In this document: one piece after another, positions 9,404-17,839 of the stretch
Layout of the letters: each line of letters begins with the position of its first letter
Numbering within the stretch: position 1 is the first letter of the stretch
DNA from: a bacterium
Lineage (GTDB): Bacteria > Zhuqueibacterota > Zhuqueibacteria > Oceanimicrobiales > Oceanimicrobiaceae
Assembly (NCBI GenBank): GCA_046757165.1
Contig: JBHHXT010000051.1
Span: 1-27,870, forward strand
Direction of reading: 5' to 3'
Length of the DNA stretch: 27,870 bases
Position numbers and translations under genes: made by a program
The notes under the pieces: model-generated
Seen by the model: only the letters and a program-made list of their open reading frames with translations
Told to the model about the DNA's origin: nothing
Database searches by the model: none

Positions 9404-10620
9404 AAACAACAGTCAGGCGAGTGGCCGAGGACTGGAGCACGGGTCATGCCGACCTTGTGGCAAGATTTTGCGCTGCTTGCGGGCGAGCGCCCGGGCCCCT
9501 GACCTTCCCGGCACGACTTGGTGACCAGGCTTGTCGAGCTCTCGTTGGCGCTGTTGTTCTGTTGTGCTCATTGGGTTCCCTGCCTGCACATGAGCTCAAC
9601 ACCAGCTACACCGATATCAACCTCCACCCCCACAACCGGGCGCTTTCTTGCACGCTCATCCTTGATGTCACCGATCTAGACCTGATATTCGATTTGGATG
9701 CAAACGGAGATGGCGAGATCACTCGGGATGAGATACAGGTCAAGATTGACGAAATGCGAGATACCCTCTATCCGAAGGTGCATCTTTCCGTGGCCGGAGA
9801 GGAGCTGCTGCTGGAAAAGCAGCGGCCGCTCCTGTCCGAGGATGGTCTTGGCAACACGTTCGTAAAGTTCAATTTCGGGCAAACGCTCGAACGCATACCA
9901 TGGCGATTCGTCTTGCGGCTGGAGGTTTTTGATGACCTTGGTCCGAGGCACAAGAACCTGGTCAAGGTGACCCGGGGTTCGGAGACGTTGCAGGCCATTC
10001 TTACGGTCGATTACCGCGAGCAGGCTTTTTCTTTCGCAGGTGACGCAGGGGCGGTTTTCGAGCAATCCTTGCAGTTTGTCTGGCTTGGCATGGAGCACAT
10101 TTTCATCGGCTATGACCATATTCTGTTTCTGCTCGGGCTGATTCTGATTGGGGGGAGCCTGCTCAATCTGGTCAAGATGGTCTCGGCCTTCACCGTGGCG
10201 CACAGCATCACGCTCATTCTTGCTGTGCTGCAAGTTGTGACGCTTCCAAGCAAGCTGGTGGAGTCGGTCATCGCATTGAGCATTGTCTACATTGCGGCGG
10301 AGAATTTCTTTGTGAGGAAAAACGACCAGCGTTGGCTCATCGCGTTCGTTTTTGGCCTGATGCACGGCTTCGGGTTTGCCGGCGTGCTGACCGAGCTGGG
10401 TCTGCCGACGAACGGCCTGGTCGCATCCCTGTTGTCGTTCAATGTTGGCGTAGAAATTGGCCAGGTGACGATCGTCGCCGCCTGTTTCCCCGTCATCCTC
10501 TGGATTGCCAAGTCGCATTGGCAGAGGCAAATTGTCTACAGTTTGTCTTCGTTGATCCTGTTTTTCGGTCTGGTGTGGTTTGTTGAGCGAGCCTTGAATC
10601 TCGAGCTGTCATTCCTCTAG
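9400..10620 (+). CDS. HupE/UreJ-family membrane protein with an N-terminal extracytoplasmic domain (putative Ni/Co metal-handling); start uncertain
   Basis: GMEHIFIGYDHILFL, FTVAHSITL, FGLMHGFGFA, FNVGVEIGQ; signal-like segment ending LPA-HE; EF-hand-like DANGDGEITRDE. The GTG start overlaps the cdaA stop (GTGA). Confidence 0.85.
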   Translation: MKTTVRRVAEDWSTGHADLVARFCAACGRAPGPLTFPARLGDQACRALVGAVVLLCSLGSLPAHELNTSYTDINLHPHNRALSCTLILDVTDLDLIFDLDANGDGEITRDEIQVKIDEMRDTLYPKVHLSVAGEELLLEKQRPLLSEDGLGNTFVKFNFGQTLERIPWRFVLRLEVFDDLGPRHKNLVKVTRGSETLQAILTVDYREQAFSFAGDAGAVFEQSLQFVWLGMEHIFIGYDHILFLLGLILIGGSLLNLVKMVSAFTVAHSITLILAVLQVVTLPSKLVESVIALSIVYIAAENFFVRKNDQRWLIAFVFGLMHGFGFAGVLTELGLPTNGLVASLLSFNVGVEIGQVTIVAACFPVILWIAKSHWQRQIVYSLSSLILFFGLVWFVERALNLELSFL

Positions 10621-11175
10621 CTTGCGCCAGGTGGTCTCCTGAACCCCATTTTGGTGGTTTTCGTAACGCGCCAGCACAAACAAAGCATCTGACAACCTGT
10701 TCAAATATTTGACCATATTCTCACCGGTGGCTTCTTCTTTTGCGAGCCGGACGACCAGCGTTTCGGCCCGGCGGCACACGCACCGTGCTTGATGCAGGAA
10801 GGCGGCGGTTGGCCTTCCCCCTGGCAGAATAAACTCATCGAGTGGCGGCAGCTCCCGAGTCAAAGTGTCAATCAGGGTTTCCAGAGCGTCGACATGTCTG
10901 GGCTCGATTGTCTTCAGGTGCCGTTTCGCTTTCTCTACATGTAGCAGGCTGAGCTCGCCGCCAAGGATGAACAGTTCATGTTGGATACGTAGCAGGGCGG
11001 TCTTCGCCTGTTGGGCAGGATCGAACGCCAGGGCAATGCCGATGACAGAATTGAGTTCATCAACCGTGCCATAAGCTCGAATTCGTACGGCGTCTTTCCG
11101 GATACGTTCACCGCCGCTCAGGCGCGTTTCCCCCTGGTCGCCCTGTTTGGTGTAGATTTTGCAAATTCGTGCCAT
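10609..11175 (-). CDS. PduO-type ATP:cob(I)alamin adenosyltransferase
   Basis: KIYTKQGDQGET, AYGTVDELNS, FILPGG, RCVCRRAE, YLNRLSDALF; GGAGG RBS. Confidence 0.95.
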   Translation of the reverse strand: MARICKIYTKQGDQGETRLSGGERIRKDAVRIRAYGTVDELNSVIGIALAFDPAQQAKTALLRIQHELFILGGELSLLHVEKAKRHLKTIEPRHVDALETLIDTLTRELPPLDEFILPGGRPTAAFLHQARCVCRRAETLVVRLAKEEATGENMVKYLNRLSDALFVLARYENHQNGVQETTWRKLEE

Positions 11176-11220
11176 GTCACCTCCAACCCGATAGTGTTCA
11201 GATAGGGTAAGACCATCGCC

Positions 11221-11249
11221 AAATTACCGACTGTAGCCCGGTAAGTCAA
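11221..11249 (-). promoter_or_regulatory. Putative sigma-70 promoter for the adenosyltransferase
   Basis: Minus strand reads TTGACT-N17-TAATTT. Confidence 0.5.
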
Positions 11250-11275
11250 GCAAAAAAACTCCCGGCGGTTTTCCC

Positions 11276-11304
11276 TTGACATTTAGGGGCCTCGGTGTTA
11301 TTTT
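11276..11304 (+). promoter_or_regulatory. Putative sigma-70 promoter for the two-component genes
   Basis: TTGACA (11276-11281)-N17-TATTTT (11299-11304) with a TGn extended -10. Confidence 0.65.
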
Positions 11305-11392
11305 AAAAATTCAAATCGACGGCCTTCTGACTTGGAACAATCGCCTCGTCGATTCACGCGTCTCTTGAATTCATCATCATAGCACGTTCAGG

Positions 11393-12832
11393 ATGAGAAT
11401 ATTTCACAAACAGCTAATTCTGCTCTCAGTGCTCCTGGGCGTCGTCTTCGGCACCTCGAGCTACTATTATTTTACCAGCCTTGACCGGGTCGTGGAAGAA
11501 TTAGCACGAGAATCCTCTCGGCTGGTGGCAGATAAGTTCAAGGCCATGGCTGAGGGTCGGTTGAAGCGACTACGAAGTAGCAAGTGGACGGAGAAAGATA
11601 AAAAAGCTCTCCGCGAGGGACTGTTAACAGATGCCAGCCCGTTTGAACAAATCGTGGACTTTTTCCTGGTTCAGGCAGACAGCCAGGTCGTTTTCACGTT
11701 GAACAAGCAGAGCTTCAAACCCAGACATCCCTTGCACATGTTTTTGTCAAGCCGCAACAACAATGCCGAGATTCATTTGCTCAACGAAGACGGGTCCGGG
11801 TACTACGAAGCTTATTGGACCCCCAGAAACAAGAAGAAGTTGATCGCAATTCTCGCCGTAAACGCGACATATGCTGTTCAGGACATCCGGCACGATTTCA
11901 CAAAAAAGGTCTATCTCACGGGCTTTGCCGGCGTCTTGTCCGTCATCCTGATCGCCCTGGTTAGCTCGCGGGTTATCCATGCGCCCTTCAAGAAGATTGA
12001 ACGAGCGATGGTCAGCATCGATAAGCGCCGATATGGGTTCCGCCTCAAAGGCAGACGGGACCATGAATTCAAGGATGTTTTTGAGAAGGTCAACCTGGCG
12101 CTGCAGCGTCTGGAACAGTTGGATTCGGTACAGCGGACCGCGGTGCAACGAAAAAATAACCTCATCAGTGAGCTCAAAGCCACTGCGCGTTCAATGGATA
12201 CTATGGCACACGAGGTCAGGAATCCGCTGCAGGCCATGGTTTTCAGCATCGATGTCCTGAAAACAAAAATCGAAAAGGGCCGCGCCCGGGCTGAGATGCT
12301 CAAGCATGCCAGGACAATCGAACGTGAAATCGACCATTTGAAAGAAATTATCGAGGGCTTCCTGCACTACGTTAGACCGGGCGTGCCACAAAAAGAGCGC
12401 CTTCAAATCAATGACTTGATCAAGGAAGTGTGCCAGATGGTTGCGGCCAAGGCTGCAAAAACAAAAATCAAAATTGAGACGCGCCTTGCCAAAGCACTCA
12501 ACGATGTGATGTTGGATCGCGAGCAAGTCAAACAAGCTTTGCACAATCTCATCATCAACGCCATTCATGCCAGCAGCGATGGCAGCAAGATTATTATTCG
12601 CACGTGGGCCAGGCGCGACAAAATCCTGCTCTCGGTCATAGATGAAGGCAGCGGCATTCCCAGGGAAGAACTGAAGAAGATTTTCGAGCTCTATTTTACC
12701 ACAAAAAAGGAAGGAAGTGGCATTGGCCTGCCGGTGACAAAAAGAATCATTGAGGCGAACGGCGGTCAGATGCAATTGGAAAGCGAGGTTGGTAAGGGAA
12801 CGACGGTAACGATCATAGTGAACTCATTGTAG
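11393..12832 (+). CDS. Membrane sensor histidine kinase (NtrB/AtoS-like)
   Basis: Two TM segments flanking a periplasmic domain, HAMP-like linker, H-box AHEVRNPL, N-box NLIINAI, DEGSGI, YFTTK, GSGIGL. Confidence 0.93.
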   Translation: MRIFHKQLILLSVLLGVVFGTSSYYYFTSLDRVVEELARESSRLVADKFKAMAEGRLKRLRSSKWTEKDKKALREGLLTDASPFEQIVDFFLVQADSQVVFTLNKQSFKPRHPLHMFLSSRNNNAEIHLLNEDGSGYYEAYWTPRNKKKLIAILAVNATYAVQDIRHDFTKKVYLTGFAGVLSVILIALVSSRVIHAPFKKIERAMVSIDKRRYGFRLKGRRDHEFKDVFEKVNLALQRLEQLDSVQRTAVQRKNNLISELKATARSMDTMAHEVRNPLQAMVFSIDVLKTKIEKGRARAEMLKHARTIEREIDHLKEIIEGFLHYVRPGVPQKERLQINDLIKEVCQMVAAKAAKTKIKIETRLAKALNDVMLDREQVKQALHNLIINAIHASSDGSKIIIRTWARRDKILLSVIDEGSGIPREELKKIFELYFTTKKEGSGIGLPVTKRIIEANGGQMQLESEVGKGTTVTIIVNSL

Positions 12833-12845
12833 AGGCGACTGAGAG

Positions 12846-14219
12846 ATGCAGAAAAACACAACGTTCAAAATCCTGATTGCCGATGACGAGGAGTCGATTA
12901 CGGAAGGGCTGTCGGCCATGCTGCAAGAGGAGGGTTACCAAACCGCGGTCGCAGATGATGGTACGGCAGCGCTGCGGCTGTTAGAAAAACAACCGTTCAA
13001 TCTCGTTCTGGTAGATTTGTTGATGCCGGGCCTCACGGGCCTCGAGCTGCTGCAAGAAGTCAAGAAGAAACAGCTTGGCGTGGAAGTCATTATCATCACC
13101 GGGCACGGCACCATCTCTACCGCGGTGGAGGCCATGAAAGCAGGCGCATACGATTATCTGACCAAGCCGATCGATCCCAATCGACTGCGGACTATCGTTC
13201 CCAAAGCCCTCGAGCGCCAGGAGTTGATCGCGCAGAACCGGAAACTGCGACAGACCGTGAAAAACCTGTCCAGATTCGAAGAGATGGTTGGCCGTGATGA
13301 GAGGATGCAGAGGGTGTATGACATGATCACGGCAGTTGCCGACACCACGGCGAACGTATTGATTACCGGGGAAAGCGGAACCGGCAAGGAGCTGGTCGCG
13401 CGCGCGGTCCACAACAAGAGTAGCCGAGCCAATGGCCCATTTATCGCAGTCAATTGCTCTGCCTTGCCACGGGATATTTTAGAGAACGAGCTCTTTGGGC
13501 ACGAAAGGGGGGCGTTTACCGGTGCGGTCAAGGAGAAAGCAGGCTGTTTTGAAATGGCCAACAAAGGGACTCTCTTCTTGGACGAGATTGGAGAGATGCC
13601 GCCGGATACGCAGTCCAAGCTGCTGCGTGTGCTCGAAGAAAGACGGTTCAGACGGTTGGGAGGAACCAAGGAAATCCATGTCGATGTACGGGTGATTTCG
13701 GCCACCAATTGTGACATCCAGAGAGCGCTGAAAGACGGCCTGCTGCGACAGGATTTGTATTTCAGGCTGAGCGTCATGGACATTGAGCTGCCACCGCTAC
13801 GCGAGCGTATGAGCGACTTGACGTTGATCGCGAACGAGTTTTTGCAGCGTTACAATCAGAAGAACAACAAGAATGTACAAGGTTTTTCTGCCGAGTGCAT
13901 GGAATTACTGCGCAAGTACAAATGGCCGGGCAATGTGCGCGAACTGAAGAACATGGTCGAGCGTGCTGTGATCCTCTGTCGCGGCGAGACCATCGAGCTT
14001 CAGCATTTGCCACGGCACATGTTTTTCCCGGAGCAAGAGGCGTCAGGTGATTCCATTGAGCTCGGCAAGCCCTTGCATGAGATCGAGCGGGAAATTATTT
14101 TCAGAACCCTCGAAATGACCAACAACAACAAGACGAAGGCAGCACAGATATTGGGCATCAGTTTGAAGACCATGCACAATAAGCTCAACAAGTACTTTCT
14201 GGACGAGCAGACACAGTAG
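12846..14219 (+). CDS. Sigma-54-dependent response regulator (NtrC/AtoC family enhancer-binding protein)
   Basis: Receiver domain (ADDE, DLLMP, TKP); AAA+ GESGTGKE, ELFGHERGAFTGA, LFLDEIG, WPGNVREL; Fis-type HTH NKTKAAQILGIS. Confidence 0.96.
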   Translation: MQKNTTFKILIADDEESITEGLSAMLQEEGYQTAVADDGTAALRLLEKQPFNLVLVDLLMPGLTGLELLQEVKKKQLGVEVIIITGHGTISTAVEAMKAGAYDYLTKPIDPNRLRTIVPKALERQELIAQNRKLRQTVKNLSRFEEMVGRDERMQRVYDMITAVADTTANVLITGESGTGKELVARAVHNKSSRANGPFIAVNCSALPRDILENELFGHERGAFTGAVKEKAGCFEMANKGTLFLDEIGEMPPDTQSKLLRVLEERRFRRLGGTKEIHVDVRVISATNCDIQRALKDGLLRQDLYFRLSVMDIELPPLRERMSDLTLIANEFLQRYNQKNNKNVQGFSAECMELLRKYKWPGNVRELKNMVERAVILCRGETIELQHLPRHMFFPEQEASGDSIELGKPLHEIEREIIFRTLEMTNNNKTKAAQILGISLKTMHNKLNKYFLDEQTQ

Positions 14220-14252
14220 AGGGGCCGAGTTTCGTTCGGACCCTAACCGCAA

Positions 14253-14265
14253 TGTAAGAATTACA
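14253..14265. promoter_or_regulatory. Candidate upstream activator sequence for a sigma-54 activator
   Basis: Palindrome TGTAA-GAA-TTACA about 105-117 bp upstream of the -24 element. Confidence 0.5.
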
Positions 14266-14368
14266 CCAGCTTCACCATCCTCGTTTCCTGCTGCCGCCGG
14301 GTTTCGACCACGTCACAATCTCAATTTTTTCAACAACATAACTGTAAAACGCGCCTCTGATTTTGTTC

Positions 14369-14383
14369 TGGCATCGGCTTTGC
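14369..14383 (+). promoter_or_regulatory. Sigma-54 (-24/-12) promoter
   Basis: TGGCATCGGCTTTGC (GG-N10-GC), close to consensus TGGCAC-N5-TTGC; about 55 nt upstream of the LysM gene ATG and directly downstream of a sigma-54 activator gene. Confidence 0.75.
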
Positions 14384-14437
14384 CTGTGTTGGGGTAGCCT
14401 TCTTATCATTCATTACCAAACTCAGGAGGGTTTGAAG

Positions 14438-15268
14438 ATGAAAAAGTACATCTTAGCAACCGTCTTGTTTGTGTTGTTTCTTTGCTGCCTCGAGCCTGCC
14501 AGGAATCTGCTGAGCCGGTTGCTCCGGCTCGAGCAGCCAATCATCCATGAAATTCAGGAGGGCGAGTGGCTAAGCAAAATCGCGATCCAATATTACGACG
14601 ATGCTTCGTACTGGAAAGAGCTCGGGCTCATCAATCGGGCGCCCGATGGCGACAAAATTTATCCCGGTGAACAGATCATCGTCCCCAGTTTCGATGTGAT
14701 TCAAAAAATCAGGCAAACGCGGAGGCTGTCAGCGGTGAATGAGTTCGTGCGAGCGCAACAACAGATTGTTGCGGGCACCGGGACTCGAGCGGTGCCGGCG
14801 CAGAGTGATTTTGAGCACCAGATTGCCGAGGAAATCAAAGCCGATGTCGTGGAAAGCTTCGGCAAGGCAGAAGTGGAGGAGCCAACTTTTGAAGGGACGG
14901 TTGTCGAAGATATGGTTGCGGAAAAATCAACAAACCATACACTGGACGACCTCCCCGTCAGCATTGCCGTTCCGCAGCAGGAGAACTCGAGGACAGATGC
15001 AGAGCTGAAAACCAATTCGTCTTTGAACATCACGCTCCTGGCCAGCGTGGTTGCTTTGATCCTCGCGTTCGTTGTTGGCATCTATCTCTACATCAAGAGG
15101 AGAACTGAGGAAGAAGTGACGACTTATGGCAGCACTGAAGACGATTACGAAGACACCGAGGACACAACGCGATCGACCTTCGATTTTGGGTCTCTGACGG
15201 ATGATGACGGTGCAGATAACAGCATCGATGCCAGGAATGGTTCCGGCAGCAAAATCGAAGTCGCTTAG
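14438..15268 (+). CDS. LysM-domain protein with a C-proximal transmembrane anchor and acidic tail
   Basis: AGGAGG RBS before ATG 14438; signal-like MKKYILATVLFVLFLCC; LysM HEIQEGEWLSKIA...N...IYPGEQIIVP; TM LLASVVALILAFVVGIYLYI followed by KRR and a D/E-rich tail. Confidence 0.85.
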   Translation: MKKYILATVLFVLFLCCLEPARNLLSRLLRLEQPIIHEIQEGEWLSKIAIQYYDDASYWKELGLINRAPDGDKIYPGEQIIVPSFDVIQKIRQTRRLSAVNEFVRAQQQIVAGTGTRAVPAQSDFEHQIAEEIKADVVESFGKAEVEEPTFEGTVVEDMVAEKSTNHTLDDLPVSIAVPQQENSRTDAELKTNSSLNITLLASVVALILAFVVGIYLYIKRRTEEEVTTYGSTEDDYEDTEDTTRSTFDFGSLTDDDGADNSIDARNGSGSKIEVA

Positions 15269-15289
15269 GTCGCACATGAGTGAGAATGG

Positions 15290-15345
15290 AGGGGGACGTG
15301 AAACCATCTTTACGGGCCCAAAGATGTTTTTCATCTCCCCTTTTT
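15290..15345 (+). terminator. Terminator- or attenuator-like hairpin between the LysM gene and the receiver gene
   Basis: Imperfect stem GGGGGACGTGAAACCATCTTT / AAAGATGTTTTTCATCTCCCC followed by TTTTT. Confidence 0.6.
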
Positions 15346-15362
15346 AACCGCCGGTAGGAAAG

Positions 15363-15722
15363 ATGAAATTGAAAATACTCATCATCGAAGACAACGAAGA
15401 TACGGCTCTGGTCTTACAGGAGTTCTTTGCAGATGTAGGATTCAAGGCCGACGTCGCGGTGACGGGCAGGGAAGCTTTACAGAAATTCCGGAAGGGTAGA
15501 CACCAGATGTTGATTACTGACTTTATGCTACCCGATACGGACGGTTACTCTCTGGTGAAGAAATGCAAAGGGATAGCCAATGACGTGAAAGTCATCTATT
15601 TGACGGGCGTGGACATCGGGAAAAATTTGTCGCAAGTCGAGGTTGGCGCAGACTGCCAGATTATCAAGAAACCCGCCAGACCCGGTGATATTCTGAAGAT
15701 GGTTCACAAGATGACTGAGTGA
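15363..15722 (+). CDS. Single-domain response regulator (CheY-like receiver)
   Basis: ILIIEDNE, phosphoacceptor LITDFMLP, YLTG, KKP; no output domain. Confidence 0.9.
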   Translation: MKLKILIIEDNEDTALVLQEFFADVGFKADVAVTGREALQKFRKGRHQMLITDFMLPDTDGYSLVKKCKGIANDVKVIYLTGVDIGKNLSQVEVGADCQIIKKPARPGDILKMVHKMTE

Positions 15723-15747
15723 TAGAAAATTGCAAGAGGTTGAGACC

Positions 15748-16458
15748 ATGAACACGAAATACAAAACAGTTGGCTTGCAGAAAAAAATGAGGGGATGGAT
15801 GCAGAACGCAAGGCCTCTGCCTTTCGTTGCAGGGGTGTTGTTCCTTTCCATGCTGCCTGCGAGTAGCACCAAATCCGTCATCGTCTCCTGGGATGCGAAC
15901 AGGGAAGATGACCTGGCGGGCTATCGAGTCTATGTGGGCGAAAGGTCCGGCCAGTATCAGCAGGATGTTTACGTGGGAAACGTCACCTCTCACAGGGTCT
16001 CCGGTTTGGAGCCTAACCAACGCTACTATTTCGTGGTGACGGCCCTTGACCACGCCGGCAACGAGAGCGGTTTTTCCGAAGAAGTGGACATCCTGACCCC
16101 GGAAGACAGTGAGGGCGATGGCGATGGAGGGGATCCGCCTGATCCCGCTTCCGATGGGTCGCGGACGCTGAGCCCGCTAGCGTACAATTTCCCGAATCCG
16201 TTTCGTGTGAGTCGGGAAGCGACAACCATCCGGTACGAGCTCTTGTCGCCCGGCGAAATTACGATTCAGATTTTGGATGCGAATACGAATCTGGTCAAGA
16301 CCATCGTCAAGAACCAGCTCAAGCGCGCTGGTGAGCATATCGAAGACAGGTGGGACGGCACCAACCGTCATGGCCAGTATGTTGCCAACGGTGTCTACTT
16401 TTGCAATATTCGGACCGACAATGAGCAGGCAATGATCAAAATAGCCATAACCCGATAA
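15748..16458 (+). CDS. Secreted fibronectin type III protein with a FlgD-Ig / T9SS type A-like C-terminal domain
   Basis: GAGGT RBS before ATG 15748; hydrophobic signal; FN3 VSWD...LAGYRVY...GLEP...YYFVVTALD.AGNES; CTD YNFPNPF...TIRYEL...WDG.N..G..VANGVYF...KIAITR. Confidence 0.85.
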   Translation: MNTKYKTVGLQKKMRGWMQNARPLPFVAGVLFLSMLPASSTKSVIVSWDANREDDLAGYRVYVGERSGQYQQDVYVGNVTSHRVSGLEPNQRYYFVVTALDHAGNESGFSEEVDILTPEDSEGDGDGGDPPDPASDGSRTLSPLAYNFPNPFRVSREATTIRYELLSPGEITIQILDANTNLVKTIVKNQLKRAGEHIEDRWDGTNRHGQYVANGVYFCNIRTDNEQAMIKIAITR

Positions 16459-16473
16459 TCTAACATCGAAGGA

Positions 16474-17718
16474 ATGATGATTATGCAACCGATGAAAGGC
16501 AACTCAGTGCGCCTTACAATTTTGTGGCTCACGCTGCTGCTCACCTTGCCGGCGGGCCGGCGGGTGCTGGCGCAAGAAACCACGGTGAGCGCCGCAAGCC
16601 AGGAGAGCAACGGTGCTCCGGGCGTGTTTCTTAGACTAGGAGTCGGGGCGCGGGCCCTGGGCATGGGGAGCGCGTTTACTGCCGTGGCAAACGATGCTTC
16701 TGCTGGTTACTGGAATCCGGCCGGACTCGATCTGGTTGAACGCGCGCAATTCGAGTTTATGAATGTGGATTTGCCGTTCGACCGTACCTTCAATTTCATC
16801 AGTACTGCGCTTCCGATCAAGAACTTGTTTACTCTGGGGGCGAGCTGGGTCGGACTCAGGGTCAATGACATCGAAGGCAGAACCACAAACAGCGTCGAGC
16901 CGGAGTATTTTTTTGGCAATTCGCAAAACGCATTTTTCTTTTCCTTTGGTAAGACACTGGGGTACAATCTGGCGGTCGGCGGCAGTCTCAAGTTGATCCG
17001 CAACACCCTGGACGAGGACGCCGCCAACGGCCTGGGGTTCGACGCCGGGGTCATGCTGCGGCTAACCGACCGGATTTCCCTGGGGGCGCTGGCGCAGGAC
17101 ATCGGAACGGACTACCGCTGGGATAGCGGCCTGACCGAGGGGGTGCCGATGACACTGCGCCTCGGCGCTGCCGTCAAGGCTTACGACGGCGTAATGTTAG
17201 CGGCTGATGTCAGTCAAGTCTCCGGACTCGAGCCGACCCTTCACCTTGGCGCCGAGATCCGGCCCCTCAAAGTGCTGCCCATCAGGCTGGGCTACAACGA
17301 TGACCAGATCACCGGCGGTGCAGGTCTTGCTCTACCGCTCTCTAATCATACACTGGAATTGAACTATGGGTACTCAAACGACCGCATTCTGCATGCAGAT
17401 ATTCACCGGGTCTCGGTCGTCTTCTCTTTTGGCAGCAAGGCAAAGCCGGCGTATGAGAGCTCTGGCAGCGCTTACCCATCGAAGAAGAAACGGAACCCGG
17501 GCCGAACCGGCTATCGCGGAAAAGGTGAGTTCGTGGTGGTGACCGCACGGGTGTTGAATGTGCGCTCTGGACCCGGAACCCGCTACCTGAAGATCGCTCA
17601 GGCAAAGAGCGGACAGAGACTCGAGATGCTGCAACAGAAAGGCGTATGGAGAAAAATACGGTTAGACAATGGCCGTACCGGATGGGTGCACGGCAAGTAC
17701 GTCAGGCTGATTAATTAA
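16474..17718 (+). CDS. PorV/PorQ (FadL-like) outer-membrane beta-barrel fused to a C-terminal bacterial SH3 domain
   Basis: FLRLGVGARALGMGSAFTAVANDASAGYWNPAGL signature; amphipathic strands ending HRVSVVFSF; then SH3b LNVRSGPGT.Y...W..I...G..GWV...YV. Start may be ATG 16483. Confidence 0.85.
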   Translation: MMIMQPMKGNSVRLTILWLTLLLTLPAGRRVLAQETTVSAASQESNGAPGVFLRLGVGARALGMGSAFTAVANDASAGYWNPAGLDLVERAQFEFMNVDLPFDRTFNFISTALPIKNLFTLGASWVGLRVNDIEGRTTNSVEPEYFFGNSQNAFFFSFGKTLGYNLAVGGSLKLIRNTLDEDAANGLGFDAGVMLRLTDRISLGALAQDIGTDYRWDSGLTEGVPMTLRLGAAVKAYDGVMLAADVSQVSGLEPTLHLGAEIRPLKVLPIRLGYNDDQITGGAGLALPLSNHTLELNYGYSNDRILHADIHRVSVVFSFGSKAKPAYESSGSAYPSKKKRNPGRTGYRGKGEFVVVTARVLNVRSGPGTRYLKIAQAKSGQRLEMLQQKGVWRKIRLDNGRTGWVHGKYVRLIN

Positions 17719-17785
17719 CTCGTAGTTCTTCGATGGTTGAAAGAGGAGTTGCTGTCAAATGACCCCTGAATTGCCTACGGTAAGA

Positions 17786-17816
17786 CGAGTGTTCGGGAGA
17801 AACCCCCGAACACTCG
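17786..17816. terminator. 12-bp hairpin between convergent genes (possible bidirectional terminator)
   Basis: CGAGTGTTCGGG (17786-17797) / CCCGAACACTCG (17805-17816); no clear U-tract. Confidence 0.5.
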
Positions 17817-17839
17817 CAGACGCAGCTACCGGCCCGGGG

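Noticed and set aside
14363..14437. TTG-started extension of the LysM protein
   Set aside because: Overlaps the sigma-54 promoter; AGGAGG plus ATG 14438 gives a clean signal peptide.
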